NCBI GenBank assembly: GCA_964653575.1 | Contig: CAZZFP010000004.1 | Span: forward strand, 1-61,993 | Origin: an uncultured Lachnospiraceae bacterium | GTDB taxonomy: Bacteria; Bacillota; Clostridia; Oscillospirales; CAG-272 | DNA: 61,993 bases | Direction: 5' to 3' | Part shown: one piece after another, positions 33,924-43,789 of the stretch | Layout of the letters: the number at the start of each line of letters is the position of its first letter | How positions within the stretch are numbered: the first letter of the stretch is position 1 | Notes under the pieces: model-generated | The model's input: the letters and a program-made list of their open reading frames with translations, nothing else | The model's database searches: none | Told to the model about the DNA's origin: nothing | Translations under genes and position numbers: made by a program

Positions 33924-34664
33924 ATGTCAGTTATCACAATTAAACAGCTGCTTGAAGCAGGTGTACATTTCGGTCACCACACAAGAAGATGGAACCCTAA
34001 AATGAAGGAATACATCTTCGTAGAGAGAAACGGTATCTATATCATAGACCTCTCAAAGACGATTAAGAAGTTCGAGGAAGCTTACGCTTTCGTTCGTGAT
34101 CTTTCTGCCGCAGGAGGTAATATACTCTTCGTAGGCACAAAGAAGCAGGCGGCAGAGGCTATCAAAGAAGAGGCTACACGTTGCGGTATGTACTACGTAA
34201 ACGTTCGTTGGCCCGGCGGTATGATGACCAACTTCAAGACCATCACACGTTCCATCGGCAGACTTAAGCAGCTCGGTAAGATGCAGGAAGATGGCACTTT
34301 TGATCTTCTTCCCAAGAAGGAAGTTGCGGCACTCCAGAAGGAGATGTTCGACCTCGAGAGAAACCTCGGCGGTATCAAAACAATGGAGAGACTTCCCGAT
34401 GCAGTATTTATAGTTGACCCCAGAAAAGAGAGAATTGCAGTTCTCGAGGCTAAGAAGCTCGGTATCCCGGTTATCAGTATAGTTGATACAAACTGCGATC
34501 CCGACGATGCAGATTACGTAATTCCCGGTAACGATGACGCTATCCGTGCTATTAAGCTTATCACATCCGTTATCGCAGATGCCGTTATCGAAGGTAAGCA
34601 GGGCGAGCAGAACGCTGAGGAGACAGAGGCCGAAGCAGAGGCTGAGGCAACCGACGCTGAGTGA
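33924..34664 (+). CDS. rpsB: 30S ribosomal protein S2
   Basis: [34 protein letters not shown]. Confidence 0.99.
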   Translation: MSVITIKQLLEAGVHFGHHTRRWNPKMKEYIFVERNGIYIIDLSKTIKKFEEAYAFVRDLSAAGGNILFVGTKKQAAEAIKEEATRCGMYYVNVRWPGGMMTNFKTITRSIGRLKQLGKMQEDGTFDLLPKKEVAALQKEMFDLERNLGGIKTMERLPDAVFIVDPRKERIAVLEAKKLGIPVISIVDTNCDPDDADYVIPGNDDAIRAIKLITSVIADAVIEGKQGEQNAEETEAEAEAEATDAE

Positions 34665-34759
34665 TCTACCGAAAATAATATTTGAGATTTTGAAATTTTT
34701 ATACGGAACCTTCCGATGTATTTCAGAAGGTTCCGCAATATGAGAAAGGATTGAATAAA

Positions 34760-35689
34760 ATGGCAAACATTACTGCTGCTCAGGTAAAAGAGCTTCGTGA
34801 AAGAACCGGTCTTCCTATGATGGAATGTAAAAAGGCTCTCGTATCTTCCGAGGGAGATATGGAAGAGGCTATAAAGATCCTTCGTGAGAAGGGTATGCTC
34901 AAGGGCTCCGCAAAGGAGAGCCGTGTTGCCGCTGACGGTCTTGTCAGCATCCTTAAGAAGGGCGACGTGACAGTTATGGTTGAGGTCAACTCCGAGACCG
35001 ACTTCGTTGCAAAGAACGAAACATTCAAGGCATTCGTTGACGGTATTCTCGAGACGATCTACGCCAAGAAGCCCGCAACAGTTGAAGAGCTTTTCGCTGC
35101 AAAATTTGCTGACTCCGATCTTACTGTTGAAGAGAAGCAGAACGAGATGAGATTCACCATCGGTGAGAAGATCTCCATCCGTCGTTTTGCTGTCATCGAA
35201 GGTGTTACAAGCACATACATCCACGGCAACGGTGGTATCGGTGTTGTAGTTGTATTCGAAACAGACGCCGCAACGGCTGAAAAGGCTGAATTTGTTGAGT
35301 TCTCCAAGAACATCGCGCTTCAGGTAGCTGCATATAACGTATCCTACGTTGACAGAGATGCTGTTCCCGCTAAGGTGATCGAGGAAGAGAAGGCAATTCT
35401 TATGGCTCAGATCCAGAGCGATCCCTCGAACGCAAAGAAGCCCGCAAACATTATCGAAAAAATGGCTGCAGGTCGTCTTGGAAAGTTCTATGAAGCTAAT
35501 TGTCTCTCCGATCAGGAGTACGTTAAGGACGACAGCCTTAAGGTAAGTGCATATGTTGCACAGGTAGCAAAGGAGCTTGGCGCTTCCATTAAGGTTAAGA
35601 ATTTCTACCGTTTTGAGAAGGGCGAGGGCATTCAGAAGAGAGAGGACGATCTCGCTGCTGAAGTTGCAAAGCTTACAGGTCAGAACTGA
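34760..35689 (+). CDS. tsf: Elongation factor Ts
   Basis: VKELRERTG..MM.CKKAL, EVNSETDFVAKN, KP..I.EK...G, FEKGEGI. Confidence 0.99.
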   Translation: MANITAAQVKELRERTGLPMMECKKALVSSEGDMEEAIKILREKGMLKGSAKESRVAADGLVSILKKGDVTVMVEVNSETDFVAKNETFKAFVDGILETIYAKKPATVEELFAAKFADSDLTVEEKQNEMRFTIGEKISIRRFAVIEGVTSTYIHGNGGIGVVVVFETDAATAEKAEFVEFSKNIALQVAAYNVSYVDRDAVPAKVIEEEKAILMAQIQSDPSNAKKPANIIEKMAAGRLGKFYEANCLSDQEYVKDDSLKVSAYVAQVAKELGASIKVKNFYRFEKGEGIQKREDDLAAEVAKLTGQN

Positions 35690-35720
35690 TCTTAACATCC
35701 TATAAGATTTAATATTTGAA

Positions 35721-35758
35721 GGGGCTTGTCTTACTTACGTGAGACAGCCCGTTTTTTT
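35721..35758 (+). terminator. Palindromic terminator, same family
   Basis: GGGGCTTGTCTTAC-TTAC-GTGAGACAGCCC then GTTTTTTT. Confidence 0.8.
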
Positions 35759-35789
35759 ATCTTGCAAAATAAAAATATGATTGCCGCTA

Positions 35790-35818
35790 TTGACAAAAGT
35801 AAAAAATCATTGTATAAT
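35790..35818 (+). promoter_or_regulatory. sigmaA promoter for glnA
   Basis: TTGACA-N17-TATAAT. Confidence 0.75.
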
Positions 35819-35910
35819 GGCGTATAATTATTAAGAGAGTAGCCGTAGATGCAGTTACATCTGCGGATTTTTGATTTAAAGTATACTTTTGCGTATAAGG
35901 AGAACATTAT

Positions 35911-38004
35911 ATGAGTACTGTTGCCGAAAGATTCGGATCGATGGTGTTTAACGACAGTGTAATGAGAGCACGCCTGCCTAAAGAAACTTATGAAGCAATT
36001 CAGCTTACCATAAAGCACGGTAAACATCTTTCATCGGAAGTCGCTTCGGTCGTGGCAAACGCGATGAAAGATTGGGCGATAGAAAAGGGAGTTACTCATT
36101 ATACACATTGGTTTCAGCCTATGACGGGTATCACTGCCGAAAAGCACGACTGCTTTATATCACCGACGTCGGACGGAAAAGCCATAATGGAATTTTCGGG
36201 TAAAGAACTTATACAAGGCGAACCGGATGCCTCATCATTTCCGTCCGGAGGACTTCGCGCTACGTTTGAGGCAAGAGGCTATACGGCTTGGGATGCAACT
36301 TCATACGCATTTATCAAAGACGGCGTTCTCTGCATACCTACCGCGTTCTGTTCATACGGCGGCGAGGCACTTGATAAAAAAACTCCGCTTCTCAGGTCTA
36401 TGGAAGCGATAAATACTCAAACTATGAGAATATTGAGGCTTTTCGGTAATACTTCGGTAACATCGGTAAAGAACACCGTCGGACCCGAACAGGAGTACTT
36501 TCTTATCCCGGCAGATCTTTATTACAAGAGAAAGGATCTCATTTTTACGGGACGGACACTTTTGGGCGCAAGACCGCCGAAGGGTCAAGAGCTTGACGAT
36601 CATTATTTCGGCACTATAAAACCGCAAGTCGCGGAATTTATGAAGGAACTCGACGAGGAGCTTTGGAAGCTTGGCGTGTTTGCCAAGACCGAACACAATG
36701 AGGCGGCACCGGCTCAACACGAATTAGCTCCTGTTTTTACTACGACAAACATTGCCGCGGATCACAACCAGATCACTATGGAGCTTATGCAAAAAATCGC
36801 CAAAAAGCACGGACTTATATGCTTGCTTGCCGAAAAGCCCTTCGAATCCGTAAACGGATCGGGTAAACACAACAATTGGTCTATATCAACGAATACCGGT
36901 GCCAATTTGCTTGAACCCGGAGAGACCCCTTCCGAAAATGCGCAGTTTTTGCTGTTCCTTTGTGCTGTTATCAAAGCAACTGATGAATATCAAGATCTTC
37001 TCAGAATTTCCGTGGCATCTGCAGGGAACGATCACCGACTCGGAAGCTACGAGGCGCCGCCCGCGATCGTATCGATGTTCCTTGGCGAAGAACTGACTGC
37101 GATTCTTGAAGCGATCGAAGAGGATCGTCCTTGCGGCACAAAAGAAAAAGAACTTATGCGTGTCGGTGTGCATACTCTTCCGAAATTTCCAAAGGATACT
37201 ACTGACAGAAACAGGACTTCTCCGTTCGCATTTACGGGAAATAAATTCGAGTTTCGTATGCTCGGAGCCTCTGCGTCTATCTCGGACGTTAATGTTGTAC
37301 TCAATACATCGGTGGCGGAGGCGCTTCGTCAATTTGCCGATGAGCTGGAAAAGGCTGAAAATTTTGAAGTTACGCTACATAGCCTTATAAGAGATACCAT
37401 AAAGGCGCATAAACGTATCATATTTAACGGAAACGGTTATGATGATGCTTGGGTAGAAGAAGCCAAACGACGCGGATTGCTGAACTTTAAGACCACGCCG
37501 GAAGCCGTTCCTCATCTTTTGGACGAAAAGAACATAAGGCTCTTTACATCACACAAGGTGCTCAGCAGGGCAGAACTGTGCGCAAGGCGTGAGATAATGC
37601 TTGAAAATTACTGCAAGGTAATAAATATAGAGGCGCTGACTATGATATCAATGGCTCGAAAGGATATATTGCCCGCAGTTAATTCGTACGGCAAGCGCGT
37701 AGCAGATGCGGCTATTGCGCAAAAAACACTTTGCCCGGATATCGATACCTCGTTCTCCGAAAATACCGTAAGAGAGCTATCCTCGCTTGTTAATAAAGCA
37801 TATCAATGCCTTACACGTCTTGAGAAAGATCTTGCAAGCATTCCTCAGGGGCAGAGCTCGCAGGAGATCGCAGATTTCTACAAAGACGTAGTTCTTGCAG
37901 ATATGGATGAGCTTCGTGCGGTGGCGGATATGCTTGAGACACTTACCGCCTCGGACGTGTGGCCTTTCCCGACGTATGGAGAGTTGCTTTTCGGCGTAAA
38001 ATAA
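35911..38004 (+). CDS. glnA: Glutamine synthetase type III
   Basis: [61 protein letters not shown]; 697 aa. Confidence 0.97.
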   Translation: MSTVAERFGSMVFNDSVMRARLPKETYEAIQLTIKHGKHLSSEVASVVANAMKDWAIEKGVTHYTHWFQPMTGITAEKHDCFISPTSDGKAIMEFSGKELIQGEPDASSFPSGGLRATFEARGYTAWDATSYAFIKDGVLCIPTAFCSYGGEALDKKTPLLRSMEAINTQTMRILRLFGNTSVTSVKNTVGPEQEYFLIPADLYYKRKDLIFTGRTLLGARPPKGQELDDHYFGTIKPQVAEFMKELDEELWKLGVFAKTEHNEAAPAQHELAPVFTTTNIAADHNQITMELMQKIAKKHGLICLLAEKPFESVNGSGKHNNWSISTNTGANLLEPGETPSENAQFLLFLCAVIKATDEYQDLLRISVASAGNDHRLGSYEAPPAIVSMFLGEELTAILEAIEEDRPCGTKEKELMRVGVHTLPKFPKDTTDRNRTSPFAFTGNKFEFRMLGASASISDVNVVLNTSVAEALRQFADELEKAENFEVTLHSLIRDTIKAHKRIIFNGNGYDDAWVEEAKRRGLLNFKTTPEAVPHLLDEKNIRLFTSHKVLSRAELCARREIMLENYCKVINIEALTMISMARKDILPAVNSYGKRVADAAIAQKTLCPDIDTSFSENTVRELSSLVNKAYQCLTRLEKDLASIPQGQSSQEIADFYKDVVLADMDELRAVADMLETLTASDVWPFPTYGELLFGVK

Positions 38005-38009
38005 TAAAA

Positions 38010-38087
38010 AATGCCCTTGCGGCTATTCATACGCATCTCCGAAAGTGTATGATCTTTGGTGTGTGCTTTGAAATAGGCAAGGGCATT
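38010..38087 (+). other. Long imperfect hairpin after glnA
   Basis: AATGCCCTTGC/GCAAGGGCATT outer stem, then CTATT/AATAG and a G-U-containing inner stem. Confidence 0.5.
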
Positions 38088-38102
38088 GTCTCTAAAAGAA
38101 AA

Positions 38103-38133
38103 ATGACGGGCAAATATACCCGTCATATCTTTT
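38103..38133. terminator. Bidirectional terminator between glnA and secG
   Basis: ATGACGGG-N7-CCCGTCAT with an A-run before and T-rich sequence after. Confidence 0.7.
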
Positions 38134-38144
38134 GCGGTCGTTGA

Positions 38145-38384
38145 TCAGACGATAACGTACATTACGACAACGAGAACCGCAAAAACGATTGAGCAGATGA
38201 GTGTAAGCTTTGCAAGAAGCTTATCCTTTTTGCCGGCGTTTGACTTGGAGAAGAAAGAGTCGGTTCCGCCGCTGATAGCGCCGGAAAGATTCTTGTTCTT
38301 TCCTTGCTGTAAAAGCACCAAAACGGAAATTACAATTGCAAGAACAATGATCAATACACCGAGAACGATCTCAAAAGGGGTCAT
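38145..38384 (-). CDS. secG: Preprotein translocase subunit SecG
   Basis: VLLQQGK...LSGAISGG..S.F, two TM helices; RBS GGAGG; minus-strand promoter TTGCAA-N17-TACAAT at 38521-38493. Confidence 0.93.
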   Translation of the reverse strand: MTPFEIVLGVLIIVLAIVISVLVLLQQGKNKNLSGAISGGTDSFFSKSNAGKKDKLLAKLTLICSIVFAVLVVVMYVIV

Positions 38385-38610
38385 TTAAAAATCCTCCATT
38401 TTACATACTGATAGTTTAAGTAAGTGACATAGGTCGAATGTACGCGCAGGGCAAATTCGACCTGTGCACGTCAGCGGTCATTACTATCGTCTATTGTACC
38501 ACAAATAAAAGCAAATTGCAATAGCTTTTTGAAAAAAAACTAAAAAACTGAAAAATAGTGCTTGACAAAATGGACAATTTATGATATCATATTAAAGTCG
38601 TGAACAGCTT

Positions 38611-38696
38611 GGAGAGATATCGAAGAGGTCATAACGAGACGGTCTTGAACTCCGTTCGTCCGCAAGGGCGCGTGGGTTCGAATCCCACTCTCTCCG
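38611..38696 (+). tRNA. tRNA-Ser(UGA), long variable arm, no encoded CCA, aberrant anticodon arm
   Basis: Acceptor GGAGAGA/TCTCTCC with G discriminator; D stem TCG/CGA; anticodon TGA at 38646-38648; variable arm CGTCC-GCAA-GGGCG; T arm GTGGG-TTCGAAT-CCCAC; promoter TTGACA-N17-TATCAT at 38562-38590. Confidence 0.92.
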
Positions 38697-38780
38697 TTTG
38701 TCAGACAGGGAGGGGATCGGATCATTCGGATCTCCTCTTTTTTACTATAAAACAACTGAACTTTTTACAATGGTGGAGAT

Positions 38781-40058
38781 ATGAGTTTATTCCGAAACAA
38801 CAAAAGCGGTGCTAAACATACAGCGGAAAACGCCGATACTTACATAGGTAAATATAAGATCAGCGATACGGCTCTGTCTGTAATAATGCTTGTAATAGTA
38901 GCCGCGGCTCTCGTTGCGTCGGTTTTGTGTATATTCGTCATAGGTAACAGACTTTCGGGTAAAGGCGCCCCATCCGATTCAACGGATAGCTCATATTTTT
39001 CGGATTCGGAGTCCGAAAGCAGAGCAGAGCCGAATGACAGCAGCAGTACCGATGTCCCTATCGAAAGCGGTACAAACGGTGTAAATGGCGACAGCTCTAA
39101 TGATTCTGATTATCCCGAGACTTCGGAAACGGGAAGCGGCGAGACGGATACTTCGATCACGACCGATCTGTCAACGGATAAGGACGCGGGTACGGAAACC
39201 GATGAGCCGACCGAGACAGATAAACGTCCCGAGGAAAAAAATGAGCCCGTAGGTTACGTGCCTACTACTCCCGATGATGTTTCGATTATCGGATATTACG
39301 ATATGCAATCCAAAAATGCTATTTTGATCGATTGCGGCACGAATACGTCGATAGCTCAAAGACTTGCGGATCAGGTGATATATCCCGCATCACTTACGAA
39401 GATAATGACCGTTGTCGTTGCATATGAAAATATAAATAATTTTAATGAAACATTTGTAATGCCCATCGAGCTTTGGCGAAAAGCAGTGAATCAGGGGGCG
39501 TCTGTCGCAAATTTCTATACGGGTACTGTCTTGACTATGACGGATCTTATGTACGGTACGATATTACCATCCGGCGCCGAAGCCGCATATGGACTTGCTC
39601 AATGTGTTGCGGGCTCCGAGGAAGCGTTTGCGGTTCTTATGAACAAAAAGGCAGCTGAACTTGGAATGAGCAGTACTCACTTTGTTAATGTAACGGGGCT
39701 TCATGATCCTAATCATTACAGTACGGTAAGGGATATGGCAACGCTTTTGAATTATGCGATGAAAATCCCTGCGATTAAAGAGATTATGTCTGCGATTACA
39801 TACCGCAGATCTGACGGGCAACAAGAGCTTACAAGTATAGTTTTTAACAAAACGAGATATGTACATAAGACATATAACAACGGTGTTACGATGATTGCGG
39901 GAAAGTCGGGCTACACTCCGGAAGCGGGGCGTTGCTTGGCGACTTATTATGAATCCGACAACGGAAAAAGCTATATCCTTGTTACAGCAAACGCGTCAAA
40001 CGGGAAATACGCTCCTGTGAACGACGCGGAGATACTGATTGAAAAATATATCAAGTAA
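38781..40058 (+). CDS. D-alanyl-D-alanine carboxypeptidase (peptidase S11) with TM anchor and acidic Ser/Thr linker
   Basis: PASLTKIMT (SxxK), SGA in the SxN position, HFVNVTGL, GKSGYT..AG. Confidence 0.88.
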   Translation: MSLFRNNKSGAKHTAENADTYIGKYKISDTALSVIMLVIVAAALVASVLCIFVIGNRLSGKGAPSDSTDSSYFSDSESESRAEPNDSSSTDVPIESGTNGVNGDSSNDSDYPETSETGSGETDTSITTDLSTDKDAGTETDEPTETDKRPEEKNEPVGYVPTTPDDVSIIGYYDMQSKNAILIDCGTNTSIAQRLADQVIYPASLTKIMTVVVAYENINNFNETFVMPIELWRKAVNQGASVANFYTGTVLTMTDLMYGTILPSGAEAAYGLAQCVAGSEEAFAVLMNKKAAELGMSSTHFVNVTGLHDPNHYSTVRDMATLLNYAMKIPAIKEIMSAITYRRSDGQQELTSIVFNKTRYVHKTYNNGVTMIAGKSGYTPEAGRCLATYYESDNGKSYILVTANASNGKYAPVNDAEILIEKYIK

Positions 40059-40070
40059 AAATATTAAAAA

Positions 40071-40106
40071 AGGAGCTTGTCTCGTTTACGCGAGACAGCT
40101 CCTTTT
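40071..40106. terminator. Bidirectional palindromic terminator, same family
   Basis: AGGAGCTTGTCTCG-TTTACG-CGAGACAGCTCCT flanked by an A-run and a T-run. Confidence 0.8.
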
Positions 40107-40124
40107 GAAGTTTAAGAAGTTTTA

Positions 40125-40286
40125 TTATAATAAACCCAATATGGCGAATATTAAGTAAGAAAATGCACCTATGCACATAAGAACCGAAAGCGTAATGGCC
40201 ATGATCTGTGTAAATCTGCGGCGAGGGCTTACGTGCTTTTCGCTTTTCTGCGAAGATGAATCCTTGTTATATCTTTTACTTGACAT
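40125..40286 (-). CDS. Small (53 aa) membrane protein, not in the ORF track
   Basis: GGAGG RBS, ATG at 40286; MSSKRYNKDSSSQKSEKHVSPRRRFTQIMAITLSVLMCIGAFSYLIFAILGLL; basic N-terminus and C-terminal TM; ends just before the terminator. Confidence 0.7.
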   Translation of the reverse strand: MSSKRYNKDSSSQKSEKHVSPRRRFTQIMAITLSVLMCIGAFSYLIFAILGLL

Positions 40287-40426
40287 CTTTATGTCCTCCG
40301 ATCTGAATTTTAATTATCTCAATACATATATTATATCGAATAAAGTCGATTTTTAAAGTGCCGAGAGCTAATTTTCACATTTTGTTTACACTTGAAACGG
40401 TATTGATTGCATTAAATGTGAAAATA

Positions 40427-42631
40427 TCAGCTTAAAGCGACTGCGGTTGCGGGAATCTTTATCTTGTTGATGCCTTTAACATCTCCGAAAGCGGCTCTGT
40501 CGGGATCAAGAATTACTTTTACGACGCGTTGATCCTTTTTGAGCGTCATTACAGAGACACCTGCTGATGTTTTCGTCACCTTTTCGGGAATGATCGAGGG
40601 CTTTATAATTATGCCCTTATTGTCGGAATTGATCATCAGTATCTCGGACGCATCTGTCTCACAGAACGCGCATACTATCGGAGAGGCGGTGGAGAAGGCT
40701 TTAAGAAGCTTTTTCCTCGGAGTCTTTGTATCGTAGTTCTCCATAGGTATCCGCACGCCCTTACCGTTTTCAAACAGATATACCATATGCTTTTTGGCAT
40801 CGATCGAACTTACCACCTTCATATATACAGGCTTCTCGCCGTCAGCCATTTTGTAAACGGCTGGGAGAAAGGTTCCGAGTGCTGACGCCTTGACACATTC
40901 GATGTCATCAAGTTTTATTCGGTATATGCTTGCTTGATCCGTAAATACGAACAATTCCTCGGTGTTTTCCGTGTCCAAAGTCATAAGTAGCTCGTCCCCG
41001 TCTTTCAGACTTATTTCGTCGTTGCCTCGCAGGGATTGGAAGGTTATCTTTTTCATATATCCTTCCTTCGTAAGTGCTAAGCGTACGGGATAATTTTCTA
41101 TATGCTCTTCTTTGATATAGTGACCGAGCTCTTCTTCGGAAACTATTTCGGAAAGACGCGGCTTGCCGTATTTCTTTTTAATTTCGCCAAGCTGCGTGAT
41201 TATCAGATTTTTCTGTTTGATCTCGTCGGCGATTATTTCCTCAAGCTCGGCTATCTCTTGCTGAAGCCCTTCAATATCGGAAATACGGTTTAAAATGTAT
41301 TCACGGTTGAGGTTGCGCAGTTTTATGTCTGCAATATAATCCGCTTGGATCCTGTCTATTCCGAAGCCATCCATAAGGTTGGGGACTACGTCGTCCTCTT
41401 TTTCGGTCCTGCGGATTATACGTATCGCCTTGTCGATATCGAGAAGTATGGCTCCGAGTCCGAGCAGAAGATGAAGTCTCTCTTTTTTTCTTTCGAGATC
41501 AAAAGAGAGCTCGCGTTTAAGACAAGCAAGGCGGAAGCGTATCCATTCATTGAGGATACCTATAACGCCGAGCTGATAGGGAATAGAGTCAACAAGTATG
41601 TTGAAATTACATTTGAAGCTGTCCTCGAGCGTTGTGAACTTGAAAAGTCTCAGCATAAGCTTGTCGGGATCCGTTCCTTTTTTCAGATCGAGGGTAAGCT
41701 TAAAGCCGTTCAGATCTATCTCGTCACGGTAATCGACCACTTCCTTGAGCTTTCCTGCCTTTGAGAGCTCGTCAAGCTTTTTGATAATAAGCTCTATCGA
41801 AGTAGATTCGGGTATCTCCAATATATCTATGCAGTTGTTCTTTTTATCATAAGAATATTTTGAACGGATGCGGAATGATCCCGAACCTGTTTCGTATATT
41901 TTTTGCATAGATTCGCGATTATAGATAATGATACCGCCGCCGGGAAGATCGGGGGCTTTTATTATGTCCATTATCTTGTCGAGCGAGGTATTCGGATTTT
42001 TGAGCAGAGCTATCGTTCCGTCGCATATTTCGTTAAGGTTGAATGAGCAGATAGATGATGCCATACCTACAGCGATACCCGTGCTCGGCATTACGAGCAC
42101 ATTGGGAAATGTAGTGGGAAGCAAGGTCGGCTCCTTCATTGTGCCGTCGTAGTTGTCGATCATATCGACGGCATTTTTATCTATTCCTCTGAAAAACTCC
42201 TGACAGATCGCCGCAAGCTTGACCTCGGTATAACGCGACGCGGCGTACTTCATATCGGAAGAATAATGCTTGCCAAAGCTTCCCTTGGAATCTATCAAAG
42301 GGTGCAACAAGGTTTCGTTACCCTGTGTCAGACGTACGAGCGTCTCGTATATTGCCTGGTCTCCGTGAGGATTGAGCTTCATCGTTTGACCGACCACATT
42401 TGCGCTCTTTGTTCGATTTCCCGTAAGCAGTCCCATCTTGTACATAGTATACAGAAGCTTTCTGTGTGAAGGCTTCAGACCGTCTATTTCGGGAATAGCA
42501 CGCGATATTATGACGCTCATAACGTAAGGCATATAGTTCTGTTCGAGCGTTTCTGTTATAGGCTGATCGGTTGCCGGAGCATAAACCAATTCCTTTGGCT
42601 CTTGCGATTCGCTTTTGCGTTTCTTTGCCAT
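40427..42631 (-). CDS. parC: Type IIA topoisomerase A subunit, topoisomerase IV (ParC)-like
   Basis: RAIP..DGLKP..R, NPHGD, AASRYTE (catalytic Tyr), PDLPGGG; no GyrA-box (QxRGGKG) in the CTD. Confidence 0.75.
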   Translation of the reverse strand: MAKKRKSESQEPKELVYAPATDQPITETLEQNYMPYVMSVIISRAIPEIDGLKPSHRKLLYTMYKMGLLTGNRTKSANVVGQTMKLNPHGDQAIYETLVRLTQGNETLLHPLIDSKGSFGKHYSSDMKYAASRYTEVKLAAICQEFFRGIDKNAVDMIDNYDGTMKEPTLLPTTFPNVLVMPSTGIAVGMASSICSFNLNEICDGTIALLKNPNTSLDKIMDIIKAPDLPGGGIIIYNRESMQKIYETGSGSFRIRSKYSYDKKNNCIDILEIPESTSIELIIKKLDELSKAGKLKEVVDYRDEIDLNGFKLTLDLKKGTDPDKLMLRLFKFTTLEDSFKCNFNILVDSIPYQLGVIGILNEWIRFRLACLKRELSFDLERKKERLHLLLGLGAILLDIDKAIRIIRRTEKEDDVVPNLMDGFGIDRIQADYIADIKLRNLNREYILNRISDIEGLQQEIAELEEIIADEIKQKNLIITQLGEIKKKYGKPRLSEIVSEEELGHYIKEEHIENYPVRLALTKEGYMKKITFQSLRGNDEISLKDGDELLMTLDTENTEELFVFTDQASIYRIKLDDIECVKASALGTFLPAVYKMADGEKPVYMKVVSSIDAKKHMVYLFENGKGVRIPMENYDTKTPRKKLLKAFSTASPIVCAFCETDASEILMINSDNKGIIIKPSIIPEKVTKTSAGVSVMTLKKDQRVVKVILDPDRAAFGDVKGINKIKIPATAVALS

Positions 42632-42679
42632 TCTATGATTTATCCTTTCTTTTGATGTTGTTGCGGGGCGTTACAGCTG

Positions 42680-43774
42680 TCAGGTAAGATCCTCGCTTGA
42701 TATGTGCCTTATGGTGTATGCCGCTGCACGTATCATTCTGTTATACAGCGCAAGTCCTATACCGTTTTTCTTTGGAAGGTGAGCGTATATAACTTTTGGA
42801 GACGAAGCATCCGCATCACGCAAAGCGGTAAAGAGCCTTTTGGCCTGAGTTTGCAGATCGTCTTTTTTACCGATATCTATAACGCATTTTGAAGGAAGCA
42901 TATTCAGCTCTTCGGTGTAGCAGAGAACAAGGCAAGACTTCTCGGCGGTCTCCTTTGTAAGAAAACGAACTATATCGCTCTCCTCGCCCTCAAGCAATAC
43001 CACGGGAGCCGCTGGCGCATAATGACGATATTTCATCCCAGGTGATAAGGGACGTGCGTTTTCGGCAAGCTTTTCGGTGACGGCAGAGGATACTTCGACT
43101 TTATCCGAAATGCAGCACAGCGCGTCGTATGTTATGCCTCCCGGGCGAAGCAAGATAACGGTATCTCCGTCTATCTTTATGATCGTGGATTCAAGTCCGA
43201 TTTCACATTCGCCGCCGTCTATTATCATATCCACTCTTCCGTTCATATCGTCAAGAACGTGTCTTACATTCGTGGGAGATGGTTTGCCGGAGAGATTTGC
43301 CGATGGAGCGGCTATCGGAACACCTGCCTGTTTTATAAGCTCGCGTGCCACGGGATGAGAAGGACAGCGTACCGCCACTGAATCAAGTCCACCCGTGACA
43401 GAGTAGGGAATTATATCCCTTTTCGGCATTATAACAGTCAGCGGTCCCGGCATAAATGCGCGTGCAAATTTGTAGTAAAGTTCGCTTGTATGTGCATATT
43501 TTTCCGCGTCTTCGGGTGCGGATACGTGAATTATCAGGGGATTATCGGACGGACGGCTCTTTGCCTCGTATATTTTTCTTGCCGCATCGGCATCGGTAGC
43601 GTTTCCGCCGAGTCCGTAAACCGTTTCGGTGGGGAATACAACGAGTCCGCCGTCGCGTATGATTTTTGCTGCCTCCGAGAGCTCTTTTTTTGTTTGTTCT
43701 GCAAGCACGGTGTTGCCATCAGCATCGGTGATGAAATGTGCTTTCAGTAATTTGGTTTCTTTTACAGCTTCCAT
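42680..43774 (-). CDS. sua5: L-threonylcarbamoyladenylate synthase, Sua5 type
   Basis: FPTETVYGLG, K.RP.DNPLI.H, APSAN.SG.PSPT, SPGMKYRHYAP. Confidence 0.95.
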   Translation of the reverse strand: MEAVKETKLLKAHFITDADGNTVLAEQTKKELSEAAKIIRDGGLVVFPTETVYGLGGNATDADAARKIYEAKSRPSDNPLIIHVSAPEDAEKYAHTSELYYKFARAFMPGPLTVIMPKRDIIPYSVTGGLDSVAVRCPSHPVARELIKQAGVPIAAPSANLSGKPSPTNVRHVLDDMNGRVDMIIDGGECEIGLESTIIKIDGDTVILLRPGGITYDALCCISDKVEVSSAVTEKLAENARPLSPGMKYRHYAPAAPVVLLEGEESDIVRFLTKETAEKSCLVLCYTEELNMLPSKCVIDIGKKDDLQTQAKRLFTALRDADASSPKVIYAHLPKKNGIGLALYNRMIRAAAYTIRHISSEDLT

Positions 43775-43789
43775 AACAAATTATGTTGA

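Noticed and set aside
34053-35698. Long antisense ORFs (237 aa and 394 aa) opposite rpsB and tsf
   Set aside because: They are shadow frames produced by the strong codon bias of highly expressed genes. They have no RBS or recognisable motifs.
38600-38815. 71-aa ORF
   Set aside because: It overlaps the tRNA-Ser gene.
38781-40058. SxN motif reads SGA in the carboxypeptidase, considered as an inactive enzyme
   Set aside because: SxxK and K(S/T)G are intact, and inactivity cannot be inferred from this one change.
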